IMG/VR virus record: IMGVR_UViG_3300015607_003969 | Span: 1 to 64,000 of that record | DNA: 64,000 bases | Strand: one strand, 5' to 3' | DNA from: an uncultured virus (IMG/VR IMGVR_UViG_3300015607_003969) | Lineage: Duplodnaviria; Heunggongvirae; Uroviricota; Caudoviricetes | In this document: positions 1 to 9,024 of the stretch, one piece after another | Numbering within the stretch: the first letter of the stretch is position 1 | Layout: each line of letters starts with the position of its first letter | The notes under the pieces: model-generated | Databases searched by the model: none | The model's input: the letters and a program-made list of their open reading frames with translations, nothing else | What the model was told of the DNA's origin: nothing | Made by a program: the position numbers and the translations under genes

Positions 1-59
1 GAGTTGGCTCCACGTTGACGAAGGGAATGTGCTCGTACTCATCCGGGTGAGCAGATACC

Positions 60-611
60 ATGGATGTCCTGAAGAATTACATGGCGGCCCCCGTGGTCGA
101 GTCGCTGGCGCGTAAGTACCAAGACGCGAAAGGGGGTGTCTTCGTGGACACGCACACGATCCTGATCCTACCCAGCCTTCAAGGGCGCGCCCCGCGTGTG
201 ATCTGCCCCGTTCAAAACCAGTACAGCGTACCCGAGCACCTTTTCTGGAGGGGACCGCAGATCCTGATCATCCCCACGAGGAGGGAGGTTATGAAAACCC
301 CTAAGCTACCCGCGCTGCTCATGCCACCAGACCCCAGATCGCTGCTGAACGACATACCCATAAGCCCCCTCCCGCTTACTCCGGAAAAGGTACACGCGCT
401 GTCTCTGGCTTCCGGGATCCATTTCGTGAGTGGGCAGCCCCTCGCATACAAGGGGCGGCTCTTCCCGCTCTACGAGTCGGAGTACCTTATCTCCTTGGAC
501 CCTATGGAGCTTTTTCTTGCAGGAGCGCTTGTGATTGGGCCTGCGATTGTCCGATTCACACGGAGCACAAGTAGGATCATCGTCTTGCAAGGAAAGGTGG
601 TTGACAGATGA
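60..611 (+). CDS. Fusion of a truncated 'KNY..P' family module with a PPDPRS-family module
   Basis: N-terminus MDVLKNYMAAP; internal in-frame ATG at 291 preceded by GGGAGG and followed by LLMPPDPRS. Confidence 0.7.
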   Translation: MDVLKNYMAAPVVESLARKYQDAKGGVFVDTHTILILPSLQGRAPRVICPVQNQYSVPEHLFWRGPQILIIPTRREVMKTPKLPALLMPPDPRSLLNDIPISPLPLTPEKVHALSLASGIHFVSGQPLAYKGRLFPLYESEYLISLDPMELFLAGALVIGPAIVRFTRSTSRIIVLQGKVVDR

Positions 612-973
612 AGCACATAAAAGGCTACATGGCCCCCCATAAGGCGGAAGCCCTGTGGACAGGGTTCGTATTCATGCAGCCCATACCTATGTCCGCACTC
701 TTGGTGCTGCCGCAGCTGGCCCCCAGCGGACCTTGTTTGCTTCGCCCACTGACCAAGCACATGTGGAACAGGTTGGATACCCGAGCCTGGACCCCCGACG
801 ATGATATCGCTGCGGCGCTCATCATCGTGCGAGACGCTCTTCCGCTTAGCCTGCTGCATCAGGAGGAGGGTGTGCACGTGAACGCGGGGGACCTGCTTCT
901 CTTCAACGGCCTCGAAGCCTTCCACCACAGGGTCTGGGTGGAGGGGCCCACCTTGTGCTTCCAGCATAAATGA
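608..973 (+). CDS. AlkB/2OG-DSBH-like paralog (family A)
   Basis: MKHIKGYMAP start; C-terminal VNAGDLLLFNG..FHHRV; ATGA overlap with the upstream gene. Confidence 0.65.
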   Translation: MKHIKGYMAPHKAEALWTGFVFMQPIPMSALLVLPQLAPSGPCLLRPLTKHMWNRLDTRAWTPDDDIAAALIIVRDALPLSLLHQEEGVHVNAGDLLLFNGLEAFHHRVWVEGPTLCFQHK

Positions 974-982
974 GAGGAACAG

Positions 983-1348
983 ATGAGCATCTCACAGATG
1001 GACCAAGGCGCGATCTGCGAAACCCTGTCGGGACTGCCGGACTACCTGCCCCTGATTCTCCTACCCCCAGACCCCAGGTCACCCCTGGTGGGTTTGGAGT
1101 TCACGCCCGCGGGCATGTTCTTCGAGGATTGGTTTCTCCTGAAGATGTCTCTGGTTGCGGGGGTCACCTTCTCCTCTGGGTACAGCATACTTTCGCTCGC
1201 CGCGATCTGGCACGCAGACGATTGGATCTACCTGCTTCCCTTGGATAACACGCTTGATTGTCCAGCAGGCATAGCGAAGAGGGGGCACAACCTCCGGGCC
1301 CTCAACACCAAGCCCTTTCGCCTCGTGTCCCTGAGTGTACGTGCGTGA
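983..1348 (+). CDS. PPDPRS-family protein
   Basis: ILLPPDPRSP motif; GAGGA RBS. Confidence 0.7.
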   Translation: MSISQMDQGAICETLSGLPDYLPLILLPPDPRSPLVGLEFTPAGMFFEDWFLLKMSLVAGVTFSSGYSILSLAAIWHADDWIYLLPLDNTLDCPAGIAKRGHNLRALNTKPFRLVSLSVRA

Positions 1349-1641
1349 ACATCATGCAAATCCTCATCCCTCCAGACCCCCGATCTATCCTAACGGATGC
1401 CGTTGACGGACCCTTGGATGAAGCCCGCCTGAAGAGCCTATCTTTTCAGCTCGGGGTTGCATTCGTCCGGGCGGACATGTGCGTGATGTCGGGGATCTAC
1501 GAGTTTGCACAAGAGCGCTACATAATCCTCCTAGGAAGCACACCCATGTACCACGCGGGGCGCTTGTACGGTCCCACCTTTAGCCTGGCGCTTTACGGCT
1601 ACAAGTATCGTGGACTGATTCTCGTTCCAAGGGAGGGTTGA
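1345..1641 (+). CDS. PPDPRS-family protein
   Basis: MQILIPPDPRS; GTGA overlap (alternative ATG at 1354). Confidence 0.7.
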   Translation: MNIMQILIPPDPRSILTDAVDGPLDEARLKSLSFQLGVAFVRADMCVMSGIYEFAQERYIILLGSTPMYHAGRLYGPTFSLALYGYKYRGLILVPREG

Positions 1642-2033
1642 TGGAGCACCTAAAAAGATATGTGGCGCCGGCCCTACTATGCCGCTTGGCTAAGTACGAG
1701 AGGCTGCATCTACAGCGTTGCGACGACCTCAAGGACCTGATCCTCTTCCCGTCAGTAGGCGGCACGGGGACCCACTGGATCTCACACATGCTCAAGGGCA
1801 AAACATACGACATGGGCGCGTTTGCGGGCTACGACGAGTCCAGACCTAGCCCCTCTGCGGCTCTATTGGCCCTGGAATACGGTACGGTTTCCTTCCTTAG
1901 CTACACCGCCCGGGCAAGGGACCACAGCTGCACCCTAGAGCCCGGGGATGTGCTGCTCCTGGACGGGGTCGAGATGTGTAACGGCTTGGTTCATACGGAA
2001 ATCTGCTGCCTTGCCCTTGGACGAGTGCAATGA
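1641..2033 (+). CDS. Family A paralog
   Basis: MEHLKRYVAP...LEPGDVLLL; GGGAGG RBS; TGATG coupling. Confidence 0.7.
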   Translation: MEHLKRYVAPALLCRLAKYERLHLQRCDDLKDLILFPSVGGTGTHWISHMLKGKTYDMGAFAGYDESRPSPSAALLALEYGTVSFLSYTARARDHSCTLEPGDVLLLDGVEMCNGLVHTEICCLALGRVQ

Positions 2034-2362
2034 AGATCCTGCTTCCACCGGACCCGAGGTCCCTGTTCACGCCCTTGATGGGCAAAGTATCAGCAACCCG
2101 CCCTGAGCTCCGTCTGGGGGCTTCGCAGATCAAAGACCTTTCCTTCTGCCTGGGGTTGAGCGTCACGTCGGGGATCCTGTTCGACGTCCAGCCCGGGTGC
2201 GAGCTCTGCGTGAGCAACTCGTGGTTCTTCATCACCTTCCAAGACACCGCAGCATCGCAGGCTGGAGTGCTGACTAGGTGCACTGGAAGGCAACGACTTG
2301 AAAACAGAAGCGTGTGCAGAGTCCTTCTGCTCTTGGAGGCAGGCTATGCGCGTAATCCGTAG
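2030..2362 (+). CDS. PPDPRS-family protein
   Basis: MKILLPPDPRS; ATGA overlap. Confidence 0.7.
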   Translation: MKILLPPDPRSLFTPLMGKVSATRPELRLGASQIKDLSFCLGLSVTSGILFDVQPGCELCVSNSWFFITFQDTAASQAGVLTRCTGRQRLENRSVCRVLLLLEAGYARNP

Positions 2363-2747
2363 TTACATGACCCCGATCGTGGCCTCCGAACTTGACAAGG
2401 AGTTTAAAGCCGCACCTAGCTTGGCGGCCTCTTACACTACCAAAAATGCAGGGGTACGCATGGCTCTGATTATGGAAGAGTTCTTCCCGGAGCGGCTCGC
2501 CCGTGTCTCGAAAATGCGTCTGGGCGCAACGTCAGATCTGGCCCCCATTTCAAGGATACACGCAGAGCCTCGTGTGGTGGCGATAGCTCTAGGCTCTGGG
2601 TCCATTGCGCTAATCGGGTCCACAGGCTGTGTCCTCGACGCCGTAACCCTAGATGCAGGCGATCTGCTGCTGTTCTCCTCGCGTGAGGCGGGCGTCTGCT
2701 GGGTCCATTTTATCGCGGACCATCTACTCCTACATGAAGGGTGGTAG
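2346..2747 (+). CDS. Family A paralog
   Basis: MRVIRSYMTP...VAIALG...LDAGDLLLFS...WVH; GGAGG RBS. Confidence 0.7.
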   Translation: MRVIRSYMTPIVASELDKEFKAAPSLAASYTTKNAGVRMALIMEEFFPERLARVSKMRLGATSDLAPISRIHAEPRVVAIALGSGSIALIGSTGCVLDAVTLDAGDLLLFSSREAGVCWVHFIADHLLLHEGW

Positions 2748-2783
2748 ATACCGGAATAAGAGTGGGGAGCAGGGAGGTGTTTC

Positions 2784-3185
2784 GTGGAAGTGCTCCAACA
2801 GTACGTCAAACCACGCATCATTGAAGACTTAGTCGCATCATTCAGCGGAAGGGAGAGTAAGACCTGCAACGGCTGGTCCTATTTCGAGGCCACTGCCCGT
2901 GAGTCGTTGCTCTTCTGTGGGCTGGAGGGTGTCGGCCCGCTCATCTGGATCCGGCTGAACGCTCTTGTACACAGCGATCTCCGCCCCATCACGTTCCGAG
3001 CAGCGCTCTTCCCTACGCAGGCCGCTCGGGTAACGCTAACGCGCGGCAGGATAGTCACCGTTGGAACACAGGACGGGGTATGCGGGTTCAAGGGAGACCT
3101 GTTCCGGCTAACCCCGGAGGAGACCATGGACTGCTGGGTGTACTGCACTGGTCCTGTGTTGGCTCTTTGCAGGAGGAAACGGTGA
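2784..3185 (+). CDS. Family A paralog (contains an interior TTA at 2829)
   Basis: MEVLQQYVKP...FKGDLFRL; GGGAGG RBS. Confidence 0.65.
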   Translation: MEVLQQYVKPRIIEDLVASFSGRESKTCNGWSYFEATARESLLFCGLEGVGPLIWIRLNALVHSDLRPITFRAALFPTQAARVTLTRGRIVTVGTQDGVCGFKGDLFRLTPEETMDCWVYCTGPVLALCRRKR

Positions 3186-3189
3186 TCCC

Positions 3190-3579
3190 ATGAACCACTT
3201 GAAAGAACACGTATCGCCCAGGACTGTACACACGATCGCAAGCATCCCGAAGGATAAGCTTGAAACCCAAGGAACTCTTGCGAAAGTCCTGTTGGTGTTG
3301 CCCCGGTTGCAAAGGCGCTCGCTGGGGGTGGAAACCCTTTACGAGCCTAAACCAGGCCAGAGGCATAATCTGGCCTGGACTGCCCCAACGGCCACCGATC
3401 CGAGGGTTGTCCTCCTGGCGCTGGAGCCGGGCTACGTGGCGCTGGAGCCGGGCTCCTCGCAGGACGCAGTCACCTGGATCCTCGCAAAGCCCGGAGACGT
3501 CATTCTCCTGGGTTCCGATGAGGTCATGCACTACACGCTCCAGGTAGGGAAGCGTGTACTCGTCTACTACCTGGGTTAA
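3190..3579 (+). CDS. Family A paralog
   Basis: MNHLKEHVSP...VLLALEP...KPGDVILL. Confidence 0.7.
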   Translation: MNHLKEHVSPRTVHTIASIPKDKLETQGTLAKVLLVLPRLQRRSLGVETLYEPKPGQRHNLAWTAPTATDPRVVLLALEPGYVALEPGSSQDAVTWILAKPGDVILLGSDEVMHYTLQVGKRVLVYYLG

Positions 3580-3582
3580 ACC

Positions 3583-3888
3583 GTGGACAAGATCAGCCTG
3601 ATCCTTCCACCCGACCCGAGGTCCACCCTTGGGTGGCTGCTGGAACGCCCCTATGAGGTAGTGACCACCCCGCTGGAGCAAAATGAACTCGACGCCCTTT
3701 CCGTGCTGATAGGCATACGGTTCAGCCGCGGGTTCACCCTTCGCGTCCATATGCCTCGATGGGCAACGAGCCACGACATCTACGCTTTCGCTCTTGACGA
3801 TACAGGCGTGCCGAGGGGTACTGTCATTACCGGGGGCGATAGCATTGCAAGCAAGACGTCCTTCCGGATAGTCCAACTGTTCACGTGA
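3583..3888 (+). CDS. PPDPRS-family protein
   Basis: LILPPDPRS. Confidence 0.7.
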   Translation: MDKISLILPPDPRSTLGWLLERPYEVVTTPLEQNELDALSVLIGIRFSRGFTLRVHMPRWATSHDIYAFALDDTGVPRGTVITGGDSIASKTSFRIVQLFT

Positions 3889-3898
3889 GGCCCATTGC

Positions 3899-4219
3899 AT
3901 GTACCTGAGCATCCTCCTACCCCCCGACCCCCGACCTGCACTGCCGGACCTAGAGTACCTGTCATACGCCTGCTTTGGCGGGAGGGATCTGCCCCCGGAC
4001 GTGTTGGAGACGCTACCCATGCTAGCGGGTGTCCATTTTGTAGATGGCCACGGCACATGGATTAGCCAGCGGTTCATTATGTCGGAGGGGTGTTACATGC
4101 TATTGTTGGAACCCTTCGGCCCACACCCGCCAGGGCTTTACGCCGGATTCGAGATCCTGGGGTCGTCCAAGGCGGGTCACGCGAGCGTTCTACTCCTCTA
4201 CACGGGGGCTGACCCTTGA
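3899..4219 (+). CDS. PPDPRS-family protein
   Basis: ILLPPDPRP. Confidence 0.7.
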   Translation: MYLSILLPPDPRPALPDLEYLSYACFGGRDLPPDVLETLPMLAGVHFVDGHGTWISQRFIMSEGCYMLLLEPFGPHPPGLYAGFEILGSSKAGHASVLLLYTGADP

Positions 4220-4512
4220 TCACGAATATGACGATACTCGTGCCCCCTGATCCGAGATCGCTGTTCACCAGGGTGTTGCTTACACGGAGCATCGCTGGAC
4301 TCCCTGAAGAGCTCCTCGGACGGATTAGCCTACAGCTAGGCATACCCTTCAATAGGGGGTTCATGCTCCTCACATCGTACTGGCTCGTCGGGGCAGGTTC
4401 GTACGGAGTAGCGCTGGATACCACAAATGTCCCACCAGGACGCGTCGTAACCAACGAGATTCTCTTCACCAAGGACGGCACAGAGTTCAGGCTTGTACTC
4501 CTGTACAAATGA
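4216..4512 (+). CDS. PPDPRS-family protein
   Basis: ILVPPDPRS; TTGA overlap (alternative ATG at 4228). Confidence 0.7.
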   Translation: MITNMTILVPPDPRSLFTRVLLTRSIAGLPEELLGRISLQLGIPFNRGFMLLTSYWLVGAGSYGVALDTTNVPPGRVVTNEILFTKDGTEFRLVLLYK

Positions 4513-4521
4513 AAGGATACC

Positions 4522-4821
4522 ATGCAGATAATCGTACCGCCTGATCCAAGGGCCGTCATAGACGTGCCCTTGGACCCCTCGGGAACGCGGCTTAGCGACG
4601 AGGCCCTGGCCCGGCTTTCCCTGCTCCTGGATATGCGAATCCGGATTGGATGGTCCATCCTCATCGTTGTAAGCTACTGGCTCGTGCCCCAAGGGGTGAT
4701 GTGCATCGTGCTGAGCGAATGCAGCCATCCGACGGGGAAGGTGCTCAAGGGCCCCCAAGAGATACGATCCACAAATGGGCCATTTGGTCTGATCCTGTTT
4801 GAGGAGGTCAGCCATGAATAA
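4522..4821 (+). CDS. PPDPRS-family protein
   Basis: MQIIVPPDPRA; AAGGA RBS. Confidence 0.7.
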   Translation: MQIIVPPDPRAVIDVPLDPSGTRLSDEALARLSLLLDMRIRIGWSILIVVSYWLVPQGVMCIVLSECSHPTGKVLKGPQEIRSTNGPFGLILFEEVSHE

Positions 4822-5164
4822 AAGGATTCTGGTGCCACCGGATCCGCGAAGCCCGATAGGTCAACTGCACGACGATGCTCTACACCACAGCCTCGACGTG
4901 GGGATGCTGGCGACCCTCTCCCTTCAGCTGGGAGAGCCCTTTGTAGGCGGCTGGTGTGGGCGTTTTCACGGCACCTTCAACATACTGAGTGGGCATTATG
5001 CCATACCGCTTAGCCCGGTGACCATGGCCATGACCCGAGGGCGGGTGGAGGCGGGTACGTTGATCCACTCCAAAACGAGCGACATTTCGATCTACCACCC
5101 AGGCCGAGGCCCTTACTACATCGTCGTGCTCTATGACCGCTTACACCATCCTGATTCCACCTGA
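4814..5164 (+). CDS. PPDPRS-family protein (ends at 5143 if TTA is a stop)
   Basis: MNKRILVPPDPRS; GAGGAGG RBS. Confidence 0.7.
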   Translation: MNKRILVPPDPRSPIGQLHDDALHHSLDVGMLATLSLQLGEPFVGGWCGRFHGTFNILSGHYAIPLSPVTMAMTRGRVEAGTLIHSKTSDISIYHPGRGPYYIVVLYDRLHHPDST

Positions 5165-5465
5165 CCCACGCTCAGTCTTGAGCGGACTCCCCATTCGAGA
5201 GACCATGGACCCGTTGCCGAAGGACGTGGTGCAGAGGCTGGCCGTGCAGCTAGAGCTGCCTATCGTTACCGGCGAGCTTTTCCTCCTGAAAAACTGGACC
5301 AGCTGGACTGTGTGCGTGGATCAGGCGGCGATCCCTCTGGACTTGGCGGGGTACCTGCCGAGACCCCTCTTCCTGGGCCCGGATGAGATCCTGCTAGCGC
5401 TGATCCCGACCAAGATCGTGATGCTAAACCTTGTCCGAAGAAGGAAGGTGTGGACTTACGCATGA
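5133..5465 (+). CDS. PPDPRS-family protein
   Basis: ILIPPDPRS. Confidence 0.7.
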   Translation: MTAYTILIPPDPRSVLSGLPIRETMDPLPKDVVQRLAVQLELPIVTGELFLLKNWTSWTVCVDQAAIPLDLAGYLPRPLFLGPDEILLALIPTKIVMLNLVRRRKVWTYA

Positions 5466-5504
5466 AGCCCCTGCCCCTCTAACCACCAACCCCGACCGAG
5501 GCAG

Positions 5505-5822
5505 ATGATCGACACTTCCTGCAAGATACTCCTACCGCCTGACCCGAGATCCCCCCTCCTCAACCTCCTGCCTAACACGTCCACAAGTCTGGGAGAATAC
5601 GTGCTCCCCGTCCTCTCTAGGCTAACAGGGCTGAGGCTCAAGGCCGGTTACACAACAGAGGTTCCCTTCCTCAGGGTCCTTAAGACGCATGGCTGCATCC
5701 CCCTTGACCCTAACGACACCGTAGAGCCAGGGACACTTCTGATCTCTGAGGGTCGCACCACTATAAAGGCCCTGGGAGGGACTTGCCGGTTCATCGTGCT
5801 CTTTCCGGAGGGTTCTACTTGA
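5505..5822 (+). CDS. PPDPRS-family protein
   Basis: KILLPPDPRSP; GAGG RBS. Confidence 0.7.
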   Translation: MIDTSCKILLPPDPRSPLLNLLPNTSTSLGEYVLPVLSRLTGLRLKAGYTTEVPFLRVLKTHGCIPLDPNDTVEPGTLLISEGRTTIKALGGTCRFIVLFPEGST

Positions 5823-5853
5823 CCGGTGGAAGTGCCCCACACTCTGCCAGGCC

Positions 5854-5884
5854 AAAGGGGGCGAAGTACCGCCCCTTTTTTAGC
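5854..5884 (+). terminator. Intrinsic terminator closing the first paralog array
   Basis: AAAGGGGGCG-loop-CGCCCCTTT hairpin followed by a T-tract and TAGC. Confidence 0.65.
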
Positions 5885-6150
5885 CCCGCGCCCCACCACA
5901 AAAAGCGGCTAAAAAGATGCCTTGTTCCGCGGGCCAGGCCCCCACACCGTAAGAAAAGTGACCCGCCCTTTTCAGCAGGTTTATCCGTAGGGAGGTTCCA
6001 AGGGGTTCTCGACACCCTGAACAAAGCACTGAACAAAGCCGATATTTCGCCCGCTTGATGCGTCGCGTAAATACCGCAAAAAGGGGCTGAAAGGATGCTC
6101 TCGCTCCCGGGGCAAACACAGGAGCTGCGGTGGGTGCGTCAAAGAGCGGG

Positions 6151-6435
6151 CTATAAGGCAGGCAGCAGCGACCCGATGCCCAGCGCCGGAGCGATCGGCC
6201 CAACCGCCGACAGGTTCGCCATCTCCCGCAGACGTCGTCCTAGCGCTGTCCTGGCACGTACCAGCCGCAGGGCACTTAGGGCGCCCTGGCTCAGGCGAGT
6301 GATGGATATTGACCCGCCCGCAGCGGCTACGGCGATCTCGTGCAGCTCGTTGACGATCTCGTACAGGTTCCGGATGTCCGCATTCAACCCGGAGCCCCTC
6401 AAGAGGTGCGGTCTTAGCGGGGTATACGCAGACAT
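6151..6435 (-). CDS. Small hypothetical protein
   Basis: MSAYTPLRP...ADIRNLYEIVNELHEIA, protein-like composition; AGGAGG upstream; ends TTA-TAG. Confidence 0.45.
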   Translation of the reverse strand: MSAYTPLRPHLLRGSGLNADIRNLYEIVNELHEIAVAAAGGSISITRLSQGALSALRLVRARTALGRRLREMANLSAVGPIAPALGIGSLLPAL

Positions 6436-6512
6436 TGCAGCCCATCCTATCCTCCTGGCTTCAGCTACGCATAGATCCGTTGAAAAGAAGGTATAAAAAG
6501 GTAGGAGACCAC

Positions 6513-6950
6513 ATGACATCTACCGACAAGATTCTGCGCAAGAAGGCCTACTGTGTCCGCCAAGCCCTGTTGCGTAGCAAGCTCTGGCCGAGCAGCCTGG
6601 CAGGGGCCTGTGTGACCGCATCCTGGCTTCTCGGGGAGCTAGAGCCGGGAGGGGCTCTTAAGTTTGGGGCCTTCCACGACTCCACGGGCTGCCTGAAGGA
6701 ACACTGCTGGTTCTCTTGCGGTCACTGGGGGGTTATCGACGTGACGGCCACCCAATTCTTCGACAAGGCTGTGCGTAGCACGCCTGTGGTCATGCGGGTC
6801 CAAAATGACTGGCCCTGGATCCCAGACAGTCGGATCCAGGTGGGACATGCCCTGGAGTCCTGGACGCTCGCCTCGAAGAAGACCTGCCAGAGGCTGCTGG
6901 ATGACTCTCGTCATTTGCTAAGGGCTACGGACTACCATTTCCTGGAATAA
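6513..6950 (+). CDS. Transglutaminase-like/papain-fold Cys-His-Asp protein
   Basis: GACxxAS...EHCW...IDVTATQF triad pattern; GGAGA RBS. Confidence 0.6.
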   Translation: MTSTDKILRKKAYCVRQALLRSKLWPSSLAGACVTASWLLGELEPGGALKFGAFHDSTGCLKEHCWFSCGHWGVIDVTATQFFDKAVRSTPVVMRVQNDWPWIPDSRIQVGHALESWTLASKKTCQRLLDDSRHLLRATDYHFLE

Positions 6951-6975
6951 CCAACCGGAGAGGAGAACGTCGTCC

Positions 6976-7941
6976 ATGCGTGAAGAGTACGACATAAACG
7001 TCTACACCCCGAAAGTCCTGGAGATCCTCAAGAAGAGCACCAGCAGGCTCTTCGTGAACGATATCGCAATCCAGCTCGGGTGGTCCCCGGCGAAGCCTGG
7101 GTGTTCGAGGGTGTTGCGTGCGATCACCATACTCCAGGAGAGGGGGCAGGTGCGAGGGTCCAGGGGGAACGGGTGGGAGCCGTGTGCAAAGATCGCTGCC
7201 ACGCAGGGCGCCGCCTACGAGGACTCTGCTGGGTCCCTGCTGTGGGAGGTGCGGGCGGCAGCAGAGCCGCTCAACACGAAGACGGTGCTGGTCCACTACA
7301 AGCCGAAGGACGAGAAGGGCGGCGTCAAGATGCCTCGGCTGAGCAAGGTCTTCTATGGGGCAGTGAAGCCGAAGGACATCGAGTCCACCATCAACCGTTT
7401 CATCGGCACCCTGGCGGGTATGCTCTGCATCAAGGGGCCGGAGGCTGTCGTCTACACCGACAACCCTGCACCCGCGGTGGAAAAGAAGCTGGTCTTCAAG
7501 AAGCTGGACAACAACCCCCTCGGGCGGGCCAAGATCAAGAAGCCCTCCAGGGCGAGCGTGATGGATGTCCTGCGCGTGAAGGGCGGCGACCTGAGGAGCC
7601 TCGCCCTGCGCATGCACACCTCCAGGGAGGGGCTAGAGCTCACGCTGCGGGAGCTGGTCGAGGATCAGCAGGTGGTCCTCAAGGACGGAGAATACTCCGT
7701 GGAGCGTTCGGACCGTTACGACAACTCCCACACGGCCAGGACCTACAGGCAGCGTAAACACCTACTGGACCAGCTGCTCCAGAGCGGGCCCGGTACGGAG
7801 GAGCAACTCTTCGCGCGCTTTAACGAGAACTACAGGGGGGTTGAACTCGGGGAGCGGGCCTTCCATAACCTCCTCAAGAAACTGGAGGAGATCGGCCAGA
7901 TCCTGGAGGACAAGGGGGTCTACCGGAGCGTCGAGGGTTGA
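6976..7941 (+). CDS. Multi winged-helix DNA-binding protein
   Basis: Three wHTH-like segments (..DIAIQLG..LQERGQV; ..LRELVEDQQVVLKDGEY; ..LKKLEEIGQILEDKGVY); AGGAG RBS. Confidence 0.6.
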   Translation: MREEYDINVYTPKVLEILKKSTSRLFVNDIAIQLGWSPAKPGCSRVLRAITILQERGQVRGSRGNGWEPCAKIAATQGAAYEDSAGSLLWEVRAAAEPLNTKTVLVHYKPKDEKGGVKMPRLSKVFYGAVKPKDIESTINRFIGTLAGMLCIKGPEAVVYTDNPAPAVEKKLVFKKLDNNPLGRAKIKKPSRASVMDVLRVKGGDLRSLALRMHTSREGLELTLRELVEDQQVVLKDGEYSVERSDRYDNSHTARTYRQRKHLLDQLLQSGPGTEEQLFARFNENYRGVELGERAFHNLLKKLEEIGQILEDKGVYRSVEG

Positions 7942-7993
7942 AGCAAGACGCGGGGGAGGGAATCTTGCTTTTAACTCCGGAATAAGATCGGAG

Positions 7994-8332
7994 ATGTCAA
8001 GGACGTTTAAGGACAGGCGTAAGCGCAAAAAGCCTAAAGACCCTGAGGCAAAAGATCGGACTTTTGTGCCGGAGTACGTGTACAAGTGGCGCAATAAGCG
8101 AGACATGCTCGACGAGCATCTAAAGTCACCGAGGGGCGGTATCGCCTTTCACCGGGAGAAGGTCGCGAAGTCGTACTGGGTGGTCTCGTGCCGGCCCTTT
8201 GTGGGGGGGTTCTTTATCGAGGTCGAAGGGCCAGATATACGGCTATCGATATACAAAACCGAACAGGCCCACGACTTCTTGGGTCTACTGGTTAAGGTTA
8301 TTGGGCCGCCAAGCGTTCGATACGAGCCCTAA
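7994..8332 (+). CDS. Hypothetical protein with a basic N-terminus
   Basis: MSRTFKDRRKRKK; ATG 7 nt after the GGAATAAG motif. Confidence 0.55.
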   Translation: MSRTFKDRRKRKKPKDPEAKDRTFVPEYVYKWRNKRDMLDEHLKSPRGGIAFHREKVAKSYWVVSCRPFVGGFFIEVEGPDIRLSIYKTEQAHDFLGLLVKVIGPPSVRYEP

Positions 8333-8358
8333 GATTGAGTCAAGAGCAGGAGGAGACC

Positions 8359-9024
8359 GTGGATAAGACAACGTACGAGCAGTACAAGAAGTTGCTTGGG
8401 AACAAGAACTCGCCGAGCGAGGCGGTCGGGGAAGCCTTCATGGATCTGCCTTCAAGCGGGCCGCTCTATCGGCTCGCCCTGGCGCACCCGAAGCTGCCCA
8501 TGGAGATGCTGAGGATTGCGCTCCTCATGGAACCCGGGGCCTGGGCCCACCCGAGGGCGGAAGCCTCCTTCTCGGGATCTGGGGCGGATGCTTACAGCGC
8601 CATGATGCTCCTCATCGGCATCCCCTCGATCAAGAATCGAGAGATCTCCGTGCAGGGCTGCGCGGGCTTGGACGTCGGCAAGACCCCGCTCCAGGTCTGC
8701 TCCGGGCTGTTCCTGGTGGAGCGGTGGCTCTCGTCCAGGGCTTTGCTGCTGGAGAGCAGGTGCCCGCCCTGGGTGGATCGTAACAAGCACTACCTGGGCA
8801 CCAGCAGCAGGGCACGCCGCTTCTACCAGACCGACGCCTGGAAGAGGCATAACCTCGGCATCACGTACGATACGCCGGCGGCGTTGAACCCGTTTTACGC
8901 GGGCGAGAACGCGATATCCGGCTTCGAGGCCATCCACCGCATCTTCGCCCCCAGGCTGGCCATGTACCAGGCGGATCGCACCAATAACCCGGGCAAGTAC
9001 TCGCGAGAGACGAGCCTCGCGTGA
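8359..9024 (+). CDS. (N/H)PxxP...WxNP family protein
   Basis: ALAHPKLPMEML...AWAHP; AGGAG RBS before GTG. Confidence 0.6.
   Translation: MDKTTYEQYKKLLGNKNSPSEAVGEAFMDLPSSGPLYRLALAHPKLPMEMLRIALLMEPGAWAHPRAEASFSGSGADAYSAMMLLIGIPSIKNREISVQGCAGLDVGKTPLQVCSGLFLVERWLSSRALLLESRCPPWVDRNKHYLGTSSRARRFYQTDAWKRHNLGITYDTPAALNPFYAGENAISGFEAIHRIFAPRLAMYQADRTNNPGKYSRETSLA

Noticed and set aside
291..5822. PPDPRS repeats as a CRISPR array or DGR target repeats
   Set aside because: Conservation is at the protein level with synonymous variation and 300-700 nt spacing; no reverse transcriptase or adenine-specific template/variable pair seen
5981..6445. 154-aa minus ORF with a well-spaced AGGAGG
   Set aside because: Arg/Pro-rich non-protein-like translation; the overlapping 6151-6435 frame looks more plausible, though this is not settled
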